Shown in pieces: positions 13,321-27,009 of a stretch of 64,000 nt of DNA. This stretch comes from Octopus vulgaris (Eukaryota): NCBI GenBank assembly GCA_951406725.2, contig OX597823.1, positions 96,348,001-96,412,000 on the forward strand, read 5' to 3'. Each line of letters starts with the position of its first letter. Position 1 is the first letter of the stretch. The position numbers and the translations under genes are program-made. The notes under the pieces were generated by a model, which saw only the letters and a program-made list of their open reading frames with translations, was not told where the DNA came from and did no database searches.

Positions 13321-14139
13321 GTGCTTGCGCCGGTTTCAGGTATGCGCCCGTTACCCTCCGAGGTGAGGATTATATTATGTATGTTTAAGTTGTTTAAAGT
13401 GGTCGGCCATGGGTGTTAAATATATTACTGCGATCAGTGTTAGTATTTTCATTGTGGAGGTCTGTAGTAGCGTTGTATGCATTTAGATAGTAAGAGCTAG
13501 GTTTTCGTTTGTTAGATGAGGTGATTATAGATTCTATAGTTGGTGTGGATGAATAGGATAATTTCAAAGTGGATCTTTTAAAGATAGAATGTTATGGTTC
13601 CGTGGGAAACTGGACTCTACTATTCTAAAGAAAGCTTTAGCGAGGCCCTTAATGTTTAAAGCGAATGGAGATGTATACCAGAGAACAGATCTCCCACCGC
13701 TTTTATTAGGCAAGTTAGGAGAGGTGTAATTCCTAGTGAATGTTAGAGGAGAGGTAGACCGAGTGTTGTGCATGGGGGTGCTAGGTAGGCGAGATTGTCT
13801 GATCGTAGGAGGACGGATTGGATTTCCAATATTTGTGCGCGTTTGTCTAGAGTTTCGAGAGGTGTTCCTTAAGTCTCGTATTGGATATAAATCTAATCTG
13901 GGAGAAGCCACAAGCAGCTAGAACTTGGTTATAGTAGTTGTAGGTATTGAAGATTTCTTCAATGGCGGATGGATAGGGTAATCTGATGGACATGTCTTTG
14001 ATTATGCTCTGTATGAGTGTTCATAGAGTTAATACGTGAATATTCATCGCCTGAATATTTTAAGTCTTTGTTTTCTCTCTATTTACATGTAGATATGTAT
14101 GTGTATATTTTTTATATATCTGTGGTTTTAATATATATC

Positions 14140-14375
14140 TGTGGTTTCTAATGCCGACCTGTTTAGCAAGTGTAAGATTGGTGGAATCGAGCACTTCTTT
14201 ATAGAATCATAATTGCGCTGGGTTGACCATGTCATCAGAATGAGTGATGAAAGAATACCCGAAGTCATCATGTACAGCCAGCCTGACTTTGGGCACAGGA
14301 ATGTTGGTCGACCATGGCTCAGATATAAAGACAATCAGGAGAGTAACTTCTTAGAAATGAAGATAGCTCACAACA
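14140..14375 (+). mobile_element. RTE LINE fragment
   Basis: LRWVDHVIRMSDERIPEVIMYSQPDFGHRNVGRPWLRYKD corresponds to the RTE LRW.GHV.RM...R.P...GRP..R.KD motif. Confidence 0.85.
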
Positions 14376-14798
14376 CCTTGTGTTTTAATGTGTGTGTGTG
14401 TGGATGTGACCGCGGGTGTACCGTTGGCGATTTTTTTCCTCCGTCTTCCCTTCTTTGGATCTTTCCTTTTCCTATGTTTACCCCTCTTTCCTTTTCCTAT
14501 GTTAAACCCCTCTTTCCTTCTTTCCTGAGCGTTAAACCCCGTTAAACCCCGTCTTTCCTTCTTTCCTGAGCGTCCAATAATACTATACTTGTTCCACGTC
14601 ATCGCATTGTTGTGTTTTCTCTTTGTGTTTTCATGTTTGGATTAACTATATATGTATATATATATATATATATTTACAAAATAAGGGCAAAAGAATTCTA
14701 ATGCTAAATATGCCGAAAAAAAAGACAAAAATTGTCAATAACCATTATAATTTATGCGTCTCGAAACAAACCGATAGATATTTCTAAAAAATCCGTTA

Positions 14799-14859
14799 TT
14801 GCCGTATTGGTCCCAATTTCGGGGTTAATTCATAAGAATTTTCCCCTCTTCAGCGATAA
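14799..14859 (-). ncRNA. Type I hammerhead ribozyme in the loop of an inverted repeat (arms 14672-14733 and 14903-14966)
   Basis: Minus strand: TTATCG CTGAAGA GGGG...CCCC GAAA TTGG-GA-CCAA TA CGGCAA. Confidence 0.82.
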
Positions 14860-15405
14860 ATACGTGAGATATAAGTGAAATACCTACTCATACCCATGGC
14901 AAAATTTTTGTCTTTTTTTCGGCATATTTGGCATTAGAATTTTTATTTTGCCCTTATTTTGTAAATTATTGATAAATTTAACCTTTAAAGGTATTTTTTG
15001 ATATGCTGGCCATCGATAAAAATTTTTTCCCAAAAAGAATTTAATCCTACATTAGTTATATATATATATATATACATACACATATACTAAAACACATAGA
15101 TATATCATCTGGACTGCAGAATGTATCTATAACTTTCTCAAACAAGCACACACACACACCTACACACATACACTCTTTCTCTCTTTGTCTTTTGCCCTTC
15201 CCCTGTCACTTCCACAAAACACCCAATCCCAAATGCTAGTCTTTCACTCACATTCATCCCCCTTTCCCACTCTCACTTGCACACCTGATACATATATATA
15301 TGTGCGTATGCATGAAAGGAGATAGACATTCTTGCAAACAAAGGCAAGCACATTTAGAAATTGCTTGAAGCAGACGACACATTTGTTCTGAGAGGTCTGT
15401 TCACC

Positions 15406-15548
15406 ATGGACTACGAAGAAGTGATTGGGACAATTGGAGGATGTGGACTTTATCAGAAACTGATGCTAAGTTTCCTGTTCGCTTCATCAATTATGGATGG
15501 TTTACAAGTTGGAAGCATGGTTTTTATTGTACCTGACTTAGATTACAG
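15406..15548 (+). CDS. SLC22-family MFS transporter, coding exon 1
   Basis: CACCATGG Kozak-like start. Translation MDYEEVIGTIGGCGLYQKLMLSF...VPDLDYR matches the SLC22 N-terminus (G.FG.YQ-like) and TM1. Donor AG|GTAAGT, phase 2. Confidence 0.9.
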
Positions 15549-15582
15549 GTAAGTTTATAATAATGATTTCTTATTATTATTT

Positions 15583-16200
15583 AAGGCGGCGAGCTGGCAG
15601 AATCGTTAGCTCACCGGGCAAAACGCCTAACTGTAATTTGTCCGTCATTACGTTCTGAGTTCAAATTCCGCAGGAGTCCACTTTACCTTTCATCATTTCG
15701 AGGTCGATAAAATAGGTACCAGTTGTAATCGACTAACTGTCCTCCTGACATTGTTGGCCTTGTGCTAACATTTGAAACCGCTATCATTAAGGCGGCGAGC
15801 TGGCAGAAACGTTAGCATACTGGGTGAAATGCTTAGCGGTATTTCCTCTACTGTTACGTTCTGAGTTCAAATTCCACCGTGGTCAACTTTGCCTTTCATC
15901 CTTTCGGGGTCGACAAATTAAGTACCAGTTGCGTACTGGGGTTGATCTAATTGACTGGCCTCCTCCCCCCCCCCCCAAAAAAATGTGCTTAGAATAGAAA
16001 AGAATTGTTAGCACGCTGTACGAAATGCTTAGCGGTGTTTCACCCATCGCTACGTTCTGAGTTCAAATTCCGCGAGGCCTTTTGCCTTTCATCTTTTCGG
16101 TGTCGATAAAATAAGCACCAGTTCAACACTTTGGTTGATGCAATCGACTTATCCTCACCTCCTCCATGCTGCCCTTGTGGCAAAAATTTGAAATAATTAT
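15583..16200 (+). mobile_element. Three tandem tRNA-derived SINEs (octopus-type)
   Basis: GGCGGCGAGCTGGCAGAA...GAGTTCAAATTCC (B-box)...GCCTTTCATCCTTTCGGGGTCGATAAA. Further copies at about 10868-11000(-), 20272-20490, 23640-23815(-), 54190-54410, 62190-62320(-) and 63440-63620(-). Confidence 0.85.
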
Positions 16201-17199
16201 TTATTCTAGGTGGGTGGTTTAAATGGTGGTGCTTCAAAACCACAATTCCTTGAGACATTTTTTTCTTTGTTGTTTGGGGTTTAAAACCTTTCTCACTCCC
16301 AGCCACCATCTCCACCATGGGTGCATTATACCTGAAATCTTTACACTTGTTTTTATCGATATATTGAGATCATCCCTACATATTCTCTGCCCATAATTCC
16401 TGGAAGGGTCATGGGGGCAGAGTCCTCAGGTACCTCACCCATAGGGTCCAATCAGAAGCAACTTACTAAATCTCCTTCCCCAGATACTTAGTTATAGACT
16501 TGAAGAGGGAGGCTCAACAAACGGATTCCCCTATAATTAGAGCCCTTCTCTTTTGTCTCCCTTTTTAAAAACTTCTTCACGCTCCAATCAATATATTACT
16601 AAGGATGTAGTGTCATTGATTTAATCAAGAGTACCCTCATCCTTCTCTCCAGAATTCCTGATTTTTATTTTTCTGTCTTTTACTTGTTTCAATCATTGGA
16701 CTGCAGCCATTGGCTTTCAACCTTCTGGGGTCAAGTACTGGGATTTAAGGCTTTCAACTAACCCCAACCTCTAATCCCCAAATTTCTGTGCCTTTTATTA
16801 GAAACGATTATTATTTGGTTTGTGGATTCGCAGAATTCTTAGGGAACTGGACAAAATAATTTGTGGTATTTAGTTACAGTTGTTTACATTCCGAGTTCAA
16901 ACGCCATCAAAGTCACCTTTGCCTTTCATTCTTTATGGGGACAATTGAATGAAATACCTGTAAAGTCCAGTTAAGGACCAGTCAAGTTTGTCTCAAGCTT
17001 ATCAGTTCATTTAGCAGGGACATGCCTCAACACATCAGCTGCACGAGGTACCTGTCCCACCAATTTATTACTGGTACTGGTACTATCTGTGTGTCTTGCT
17101 GGACCGCTAAGTTACTGGGACATAAACACACCAACACAGGTCGTCAAACTGTGGTGGGAGACAAACTCAGACACAAACACAAACACATACATATGATGG

Positions 17200-17345
17200 G
17201 CTTCTTTCAGTTTCCATCTACCAAATCCACTTACAAGGCTTTGGTTGGCCCAAGGTTGAAGCAGAAGACACTTGCCAAGCAGTAGGACTGAACCCAGAAG
17301 CACGTGGTTGAGAAGCAAGCTTCTTACCACATAGCCACGCCTGCT
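17200..17345 (-). mobile_element. Second tRNA-derived SINE family
   Basis: GTGGCT.TGTGGTAAGAAGCTTGCTTC...GGTTCAGTCC...GGATTTGGTAGA. Copies also at about 18697-18815(-), 35290-35415(-), 46210-46300 and 55870-56010. Confidence 0.8.
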
Positions 17346-17679
17346 TAGTGGCCTTTGTTCCTCTTTGTGTTCTGAATTGAAATTCCACAGAGGTTGTCTT
17401 TCGCATTTAATGAGTTTGTTGATACCTGATGACACTGTGGCGATACAATCCAAGCGGGAGACAAGATTTGGCTTTTGACATCCATGCTCAAGTCATCTTT
17501 GGTTTTCATCCCTCTGGGCTTAGTAAAGGAAATTACCTTCCAAGTATTAGGGTTGATGGAATTGACAGTGCCCCTCCCCTCAAATTATTTCCATCATCTA
17601 TAAATGAGGGTGGATAGTGTCTCTCGGTTAGTATTGTTCTGAAGTCTTGAAGTCGAAAGTCCAAATATTTGCCTTAGAC

Positions 17680-18665
17680 ACTTTGGGCAAATACTGATCG
17701 GGATTCTTCTGATTTTGGTCTTGGCATGCAGACGCGAGAGATTGAACAGTTTCCCGTCAGTTTTACTGTGCAGAAACGCTCCATCATCTGATGTCTCAAA
17801 GACATGTGACCGCAGCAGCGAGAAGAAGATACCAAATAATGTAGGAGCAAGGACACAACCTTGCTTTACCCCGCTTTTATTATTTGGAAGGCGACTGATG
17901 TTGAACCATTGTGCTGTATGGTGCCTTGCATATCATCATGGAAAGATGTGATGATCCTCAGCAGCTTTGGTGGACATCCGATTTTTGGAGCAGGATGAAG
18001 AGGCCTTTTCTACTTACCGAGTCAAGGGCTTTTGTCCGATCAATGAAGGCCATATATAATGGCATTTTCTGCTCTCTTGGCGTATGGAGAATATCATGTC
18101 AATAGTTGATCTGCTTCTTCTAAAGCCACACTGCGATTCTGGATAAATTCAAGAAGCAAGCAGTTGCAGCCTGGACAGGATAACGCGAGCAAAGGCTTTT
18201 CCAACAGTGCTTAGAAGAGATATTCCACGGTAATTGTTACAATCACCACGGTCACCTTTGTTTTTGTAAAGCGTAATGATGTTAGCATTCCGCATATCCC
18301 GAGGGACTGTACCATCTTCCCAGCACTGACACAGAAGCTCATGAAGGTGCCGAAGCAGGATAGTATTTTTACCGGTTTTTTATGATCTCTAAGGGGATGA
18401 CGTCTTTTCCCGGAGCCTTGTTACTTGCTAGGGAGTCAATAGCCTTGGTGAGCTCTGCTATAGATAGCAGACTGTCAAGTTCACACATGACTGGCAAGAT
18501 CTTGACACCCTCGATTGCAGCCTCAGCTACTGTGGTCTCCCGTGATCAGAGATCCTGGTAGTTCTCCACCCATCTATCCATTTGCTTGCTTTGGTCTTTG
18601 ATGAAATCTCCAGTAGTTGATTTCAGACGGGCTGACTTGGTTGCGGATGGACCGAGGGCCTTTTT
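17680..18665 (-). mobile_element. RTE-clade LINE reverse transcriptase fragment
   Basis: Pseudo-translation: NKAPGKD...WEDGTVPRDMRNANIITLYKNKGDRGDCNNYRGISLLS...PESQCGFR...GVKQGCVLAPTLF. Confidence 0.9.
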
Positions 18666-20491
18666 CAAACCGGCATACATCCCACGGGTGTCGCCACTGA
18701 CAAGGCTTTGGTTGGTCTGAGGCTATAGCAGAAGACACATGCCAAGTTACCACACAGTGAGACTGAACTGAGGACCATGTGTTTTGGAACCAAGTTTGTT
18801 ACCACACAGCCACACCTGCACCTATGTATGTGTGTGTGTGTGTGTGCGGGGGTGTCTGGGTGTGTGTGTGTGTATGGATGTATATATGTATGCATGTATA
18901 TATGTGTATATATATGTGTACATATTACATGTACATCTATATATATATACATCTAGACATACATGTATACATATACATGTATATCTATAGAAATACATCT
19001 ATACATATACATGTATACATATACAGCTATACATATACATGTATACATATACATCTATATATATATACATACACATTCAGCTTTTCTCCGCGGGTAGTAA
19101 ATATTATGTCTAACAGATTCTATAATTTAATTCATTAATAACAATTCACTAGCTACTAAATCTGAGTAATTTACTCTTCTTGATTACTTCTCTCCATAAA
19201 AATAAATCACCTTCTACTAAACCTAAGAAAATTATTCATCTTGATTACTCCTCTTCCATTTTTTCTAATATATATATTTGACCCCTAATATATTTACTTT
19301 ATTAATAAGACTTTTGTCCTCAGTTATTGAGTATTATGCCTACTCATAATGAATGATAGATTTTTCTCCAAAATGAATATATATTAGATTTATAATTTCT
19401 CCTTTAATCCAACGTATCAAAATATTCAACACCTACCAGCTAAGTATAAAGCTGATGTATATAAGGATAAAGGGATCTCTGTATTCTCTATAACTTTTTG
19501 GTATATAGGTGGTCACTGTGACCATCTGACATTGACCTAGTTTTCTTAATACAAAATCTGTTTGCCAAATAGTAATAAACAGCTTCTAGGGCATTATAAC
19601 CCCCTCTCTACCTTAATTTCTTTATGAAGAATTTCTGACATATATTTCATCCCTATTTCTATAAATAGAAATCTCTTTTGTCTCCTTTCAACTGATTATA
19701 CCTCCCAACCTTCTAGCAGTTCAAAATAACTGAATGAATAATCTTCAGTCAGAAGATAAACTCTACTAAACTCTACTACCTTAATGTTCTTAAAATTCAA
19801 ATCGACATCTTTGTCTATATATCTACCTTCTCTATAATGTTATCAAATAATATGAAAATTATGTATTAATGGAAAACCTATATAAATGGCTTATGATTGC
19901 TCAACATTTTAAAACTGTTGTAATACTTACAATATTTAATAAAATGATGTAGCGTGAAACGATCGTACCAAATTACCGAAGTTATTCTTGTTGCTTATTT
20001 TGAGTATATATATATATATATATACATCCATATACATACAATAGAGAGATGCTTTTGTTTCACTTTTAACACGTAATACTGAAATAGTGGAGAATATATG
20101 ATATTGCTATGGGCTCGCCGTAGGCAAAAAGTTAAAAACTGTTTTTGCCCATGACGCTCCCCAGACCCTACGTAAGGCATGTGTAAAATTTGAATGAAAT
20201 TGGTTGTGTACTTCTCAAGTTTTAGGGAATCACACAGACAGACAGACAGACACACAGACACACATTCTCAGTTGAGCTGGCAGAAACGTTAGCACGCCGG
20301 GCGAAATGCGTAGCCGTATTTCGTCTGTCGTTACGTTCCGAGTTCAAATTCTGCCGAGGTCGACTTTGCCTTTCATCCTTTCGGGGTCGATAAATTAAGT
20401 ACCAGTTACGCACTGGGGTCGATGTAATCGACTTAATCCCTTTGTCTGTCCTTTTTGTCCCCTCTGTGTTTAACCCCTCTGGGTAGTAAAG

Positions 20492-20535
<44 letters not shown>

Positions 20536-20941
20536 GCATATATATGCGAACAGAACGTCGCAACGGGGGAAGTAACATGAAATACGTAGACAAACGAAGG
20601 AAAAACGAGTGAAAACACGGAAAACAGGACATATAAAGGAGTAGATAGGCAGCCGACAATTGATGAGTTCGATTTCCAGACCGGGCTGTGTGTTGTGTCG
20701 TTGAGCAGGGTACTTTACTTCACGTTGCTCCAGTTCGCTCAACTGTAGAAAGGAGTTGCAACATCACTGGTGCCAAGCTGTATCAGCCCCTTTGCCTTTC
20801 CCTTGAGGAACATCAGTGGCGTGGAGAGGGGAAGCTGGTATGCATGGGTGACTTGCGCTTCGGGGGGGGGTAACATTTTAGGTACAATCTCATGGTCACT
20901 CATGACCAAAAGGGGTCTTTACCCTTTACTCACACAGACAC

Positions 20942-20977
<36 letters not shown>

Positions 20978-22021
20978 CATACATATATAATTGCAGATGA
21001 GATCCAGAGATTCTCCGTATAGAAGACACTTAGTAGGGCTCAAAAGACCCAAATATACACTCTAATGACTTTACAGGACATCATTCCACAAAGTAAAGAA
21101 AGGCTATAAGAGAGATCAAACTGAGCGGGTTCAGAGGCAATTATTCAGATAAACAGCTTAGACAAATCAAATATATTAAATATATTAAATACATCAAATA
21201 CAAAATATGCATATTTGCAAAATGAGAGAAAGCAAAAGGTGGAAGTTTTCATCATATGGATGTTTATGTATAAATGTATAGACATCTATATTACACAGAG
21301 TACAAACGACAGAGAAAATTAAAGATGTGAAAGAAAGGTGTTATAAGTCCAACAGCTGTTTCTCGGGCTTGGAGCTCCATAATAATGCTGGTAGATTTAG
21401 TTCATCACAATGTGCACCCATAATGGATGCAATTTAACATTGGTCGAGAGGGGCATCCGTCATCAGGGTAGAGATCTGAACTTGCCTGCATTAAGATCTC
21501 TACTCTGAAGGCCGAAGGTGTAATTGTATACACACGACTAAAATTGGGATGAACTAAATCTACCAACATTATTAAGGATCTCTGAGCCCCCAGAAACAGC
21601 TGTTGGACTTTCTTCCACCCCTATAATTTTCTGTGTCGTTTGTACTCTATGTAGGCTGGCCCTAAGAATATAAATATCCAGATGTAATTGTTGTATCAGT
21701 CGTAGCATGAGATTAGGCTGATTGAGTATATTACAAACACAAGCAAAAATCACAAACATTTAACTTAAGATTTATTTAATGGAAGAATGAACATGAATAC
21801 ATTCGTAAATGCTCGCTGGTTGAGAGGGACTAAGATGTATGAGTTAACTCTTTACAGTGATTGCTCTGATTAAAAGCTTGGCCTTGATTTGCTTGGCGAG
21901 AACCGGGTTGTGTTTTCTTCGAATGCCATGATATTGTTAGCGCTAAAGTAAGAGTAAGGCATCACTGACCACCTTTTCTGCGTTGGCGAATGACCTCCAT
22001 GCTCTAGTTTCCTCAGCTATC

Positions 22022-22130
<109 letters not shown>

Positions 22131-22239
22131 CTTGTGTGTGTGTGTGTGTGTCTGTCTGTCTGTCTGTAAGATATTTGAGGGCAGATTTATGTTTAAAAAA
22201 AGCAGATATCATAACAGATAATAACTTTATTTATAAAAA

Positions 22240-23290
22240 AAGGCTATGCGGGATAAAAATAAACCTTCTTTTCTATAATGTTATTCAATAAGGCAACCTT
22301 CAGCTTCAAGAACTACTTCTATATGAGATCTAAATCATCTACATGCTCGAATCAAGTGGTCCTGGTTCACTTTGGACATTTACTCTGACTATGGCAGCTT
22401 TCAAGGAATCTTTGGTATTATGGGCGTGTTCATTGACCTCTCTCTCAACAACGCTCCACGTGTAATAGTCCAATGGATTGCGATCTAGGGAATTAGGAGA
22501 CCAAATGTTAAGGGTTATGTGATCATGAAAACTTTCAGTCATCCATTCTTGAGCTACTAGAGCCATGTGTTATATATAGTGCAGAGTCTTACTGAAACAC
22601 ATATGGCCTTCCATTACATACATTGTCTATCCAGAGCATAACAATTATTTCCAGGACCTCAATGTAGGCGGCAGAGTTAACTCTAAAGCCTTGTGGAAAG
22701 AAGTAAGGGGGGATCACATATCCTTCATTGCTGACAACGCCTAAAACCATGAAAGTTGCAGGAAATTTTGTATGCTTAACATTTGTAGCTTCAGAAGGGT
22801 CTGCACATAACTATTTGTCATTTCTTCTCTTAACTTTTTGATCTTGGTCGAAGATTTTTCTCGTTTGAGAAAAACCAAATCAAATCTTCTGCTGCAGTTT
22901 TAATAACCTTTTAGATTTGATGTAGTGACTTTCTTCTGCTTTTTCGGACGAATTTATCTTTCCTCATCATATAAGACTTATATCTGATGTCTCCGTGGGC
23001 AACATTTCTAACTGTTTCTTCTGAAACTTGGAGGTCTTTCGCAATTGATATTATGGACCTTCTGGGACTGTAAACAATGGTCTGTTGAACTTGTTGGATA
23101 AATTTAGGTGTTGTGATGATTTCAGAGCGTTTAGAATGTTTTTTATGCAACTTTTAAAAATCGAGACATTTCTAAATCGCTATGTTCGGGCTTTTAAACC
23201 ACAATAACTCATTTCTTGAGTAAGCTGACGGTCTGGCATTATTATTTCCTGAAACAAAGATTGTACAGAGTTAGCAAAATAATACAGCAA
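22240..23290 (-). mobile_element. Degenerate maT/DD37D-like transposon
   Basis: SPRRSIISIAKDLQVSEETVRNVAHGDIRYKSY and WSPNSLDRNPLDYYTWSVVEREVNEHAHNTKDSLKAAI. Confidence 0.8.
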
Positions 23291-23379
23291 TAACCCAAAA
23301 ATGTATATATATACATATGTATATGTATATGTATATATGTATGTATGTATATGTTTATGTATATGTATATATGTATATG

Positions 23380-23448
<69 letters not shown>

Positions 23449-24079
23449 ACACACACACAAGGTGTTGAAAAGTTCCTGGCTTTGGATAAAAGAAAATACA
23501 GAAAGTACAGTTAAATATTTTATTCAACATATTCACCTCTCAGATTCTCACACTAATTGCTGTTATTAATAATAGACACGGTAGCAACTAGACCAGAAAT
23601 AGCAGCAGCACGCTCGCTAATGATAATAATAATTTAGGGTAAGGGATTAAGTCGATTACATCGACCCCAGCGCGTAGCTGGTACTTATTTAATCGATCCC
23701 GAAAGATGAAAGGCAAAGTCGACTTTGGCGGAATTTGAACTCAGAACGTAACGGCAGACGAAATACCGCTAAGCCTTTCACACGGTCCGCTAACGATTCT
23801 GCCAGCTCGCCGCATTAATGATAATGCTTATAATGATAACAAAAACAACAAGAGTAACTACAACCACTATAGCGCAGACAACAGCTCCAACAACGACGAT
23901 GGTTATAGTATAGCAGCAGCAACGGAGACACGAACAATGACAACAACAGCACCAACACCAACTTCGCTACTGATGATGTCCCCTACACCAGCATTAACGA
24001 CGCCAACACCAGCGCCGACAACAGCTGAAGTAACAGTGTCAACAACATCACCAGAAGCAGCGACGGCAATAGCAGCATT

Positions 24080-24385
24080 CAAAAATACATCGGACGTTCC
24101 GGAAACACCTTGAAGCAGCGACTCTCCAACCACAAGTCCTCGTTAAGGATCCCGGGAAGACGTTATGCCATGTCTTTAGCCAGCCGTGGCGCCGAAGGAC
24201 GAAGGGACTCCATATGTATTCACAGGGCAGATCCTAGAAAAAATGGTGCCCTACATCAATGTAGTTGCAAGCTGTGCATAGCGGAACGGGCGAGAATATT
24301 AAAGAAGTCTCTCGACCCGAGAAACATCTTATATTCCAGGACGAAAGTCTTCAGACCCTGTTTATATTTCAGGCGAAATGGTTGA
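24080..24385 (+). mobile_element. PLE GIY-YIG remnant just upstream of exon 2
   Basis: KYIGRSGNTLKQRLSNHKSSL...CSCKLCIAERARIL. Confidence 0.75.
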
Positions 24386-24472
24386 GAAGCAAGCTTCTTA
24401 GGGTGACGCCACAGAAGATGTAACTAAATTTAAATGAAAGATCAAAGAAACCTATTTTGTATATTTTCCTAG

Positions 24473-24695
24473 GTGTGCTATTCCTGGTTACGACAATGAC
24501 ACTTATAAAATCCAAAGTGAAATCCATGAAGAACTGATCAACGAATATATTCCAAAGAGTGAGGATGAAGGGGAGGTGGTTTATGAAAAATGTTTGATAT
24601 ATTCCAATACCACAGAAAATGGAAATCGAACGACACAGAAGTGCAGCTCTTGGGTATATGATAAAACCAACACACACACCTCAATCACCACTCAG
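24473..24695 (+). CDS. SLC22 transporter coding exon 2 (large extracellular loop)
   Basis: Acceptor TTTTCCTAG|G, donor CAG|GTAAG. Translation (R)CAIPGYDNDTYK...EKCLIYSNTTENGNRTTQKCSSWVYDKTNTHTSITTQ has the conserved Cys, the C..WVYD motif and N-glycosylation sequons. Not in the ORF track. Confidence 0.93.
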
Positions 24696-24969
24696 GTAAG
24701 GTTCTTTTGAAAGTCACACGCTACATACAAGCTAAAACATCTATCCGTCTATCTACCTACCAAACTATCTAGCTCTCCACATATCAATCTATCTATCCAT
24801 ACACACACATATGTATCTTTTACATATATATATATATACATAGATATATACATATATATGTATATATAAATATACATATATATATATGTATGTATATATG
24901 CATATATATATACATATATATATATGTGTGTATATATTTATATATATGTGTGTATATATACATATATAT

Positions 24970-25040
<71 letters not shown>

Positions 25041-25737
25041 TCAACTTGTGTGTCTGTGTGTGTATCTGTGTGTGTGTCTGTGTGTTTAACTTCCTGGCAC
25101 ATCTCCTCCTAGCCAACAAAACGTAGAACCGCCAAAAATGGGTCACTTAAAGTTTAGGCGAATGAAGATTGAACTGCGCTATTTCTGTTCCGAAATTCAT
25201 CTCGCAAGTGCAAAAATCGATAATGTGTTTGTTTAGGCCTTATCCCATGCATTGAATAGTGAACTTTACTCAGTCAGCTGTTTGACGTGAACTGTGTTCA
25301 CCACGCGTGCAAGCATGCGTAAATTGCATGAAAAATAAAAAATCAAGATATAAAAACGAATCGCCGTAAACATTGTAGAAATTCGGCAAAGAAATGATGT
25401 AGCCAGGAGGGTTTTTTCGTATTAATCGTTTGAACTTTGTGAACACATACCAATTGTTTTCATAACATTTTTAACGCTTTGAATTAAATGTGACCATTTT
25501 GCGTTGAGTCTGCAGTCTGAATCACTTTAACCAAATTTTAGCATGCCGGATTTTTGATCATCATGATACATCGCCAGCGACTCCCTGAAACTCTCCCCTG
25601 AATCCCCGTTGAGAAATCTCTATATATATAAAACTCAACTTGTATGTCTGTGTGTGTATCTGTGTGTGTGTCTGTGTGTTTAACTTTTGGATCTACCAAG
25701 TTTCATTATTAAGGACGGAAAGTAGTGTGTAGCAAAT

Positions 25738-26110
25738 CTATATATATAAAGCTGAAGTTGTCTGTGTGTGGCAGGTTTGGTAGCCTTCAACTAACACGAT
25801 CTCCTTCGAGACCCTGCAGCGCAAGTTGACCAAATTTGAGAGTATGATAGAAGAAGGATTGCTCTTCATTCTCCAGAAGATAAAATTCAAACCAAAAATT
25901 ATTTACATCAAAAAGGTGCTTTTTTTCTATGAAAATCCCTATTTTTTTACGATTTTTGACTGCTGTGTCACCATTTTTCGGTGTATTTCAACTGGAAAAA
26001 TGTTCACTTGAAGAGAATAACAAGCTACATAATGCAAAATTTTTACTTCTCAAAAATTCTAATTCTAAAGGGTCGAAACAAACCCAAGCAACACCGGGTG
26101 ATACTGCTAG
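25738..26110 (+). mobile_element. Non-autonomous Helitron-type element (related 5' pieces at 25030 and 25620)
   Basis: 5' end A|TCTATATATATAAAG. 3' end ACCCAAGCAACACCGGGT hairpin followed by ACTGCTAG|T. Confidence 0.75.
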
Positions 26111-26131
26111 TATGTATATATATATATATAT

Positions 26132-26179
<48 letters not shown>

Positions 26180-26401
26180 GAAGGGATACAATATCCAAGC
26201 AGATACCGAATTTCTCTATTTAGAATGCCAAGGCTGGTTCCTTGAGATGGTGCATTTTATGGTAAACTTCCTTTAACATCCGAAGTTACAGTTTGTTTGT
26301 TGGCTATATAGAGTGTAAAGTACAATATTGATAATAAAGAGAATGAAGAATTTGAACATTCAAACTTTATGTTAAATTCCAGTTAGTTTATTCATAATAA
26401 C

Positions 26402-26496
26402 TATCCGACACGTGTTTCGATCGTATTAATTGCATATTGTTGAATATTGCATATGCAGCGATTTATGCATTATTAGTACAATCTCTTCAGGGTATA
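26402..26496 (-). ncRNA. Type I hammerhead ribozyme with palindromic stem III
   Basis: Minus strand: TATACC CTGAAGA GATTGTACTAAT...ATTAATACGATC GAAA CACGTG TC GGATA. Confidence 0.85.
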
Positions 26497-26957
26497 TAAG
26501 TATGACATTGTTTGAAAAGGAGTTTTCCTCCGTTATTAATTTGAATTAGGCTTTGTAGTTGTAGTTAACCATCACATTCTTCGATGAGTTGTTTTTCTCA
26601 ACTGATTGGTTGGATAAATTTCAGAAGCAACATTGTTTGTTGAAGTTGGCAAATGTTCTTGGCTAGTTGGGAGTGGTTATTTATAGAATAGTTATCTTTA
26701 ATTGATTCCACATACTTTATAGTCACGTGGTATTTTGATGGATTTATTGTTTGAATTTTTCTGAATGTTATTAATTACAAGGCATTCAGAACCATGTGGT
26801 TATTAAAAGTAGTCTGTTGTATTTTTAATTTCTTCTTCTTCTTCTTCTTCTTCTTCTTCTTCTTCTTCTTCTTCTTCTTCTTCTTCTTCTTCTTCTTCTT
26901 CTTCTTCTTCTTCTTCTTCTTCTTCTTCTTCTTGCTATCATCATTGTTGTTGTTGTT

Positions 26958-26999
<42 letters not shown>

Positions 27000-27009
27000 A
27001 TTCAGTAAT

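Noticed and set aside
15361-15405. N-terminal extension from the TTG start in the ORF track
   Set aside because: The gene is eukaryotic, and ATG 15406 has a Kozak context and matches family N-termini.
15583-16200. tRNA genes
   Set aside because: A/B-box-like heads continue into SINE bodies and there is no complete cloverleaf. The same applies at 51476.
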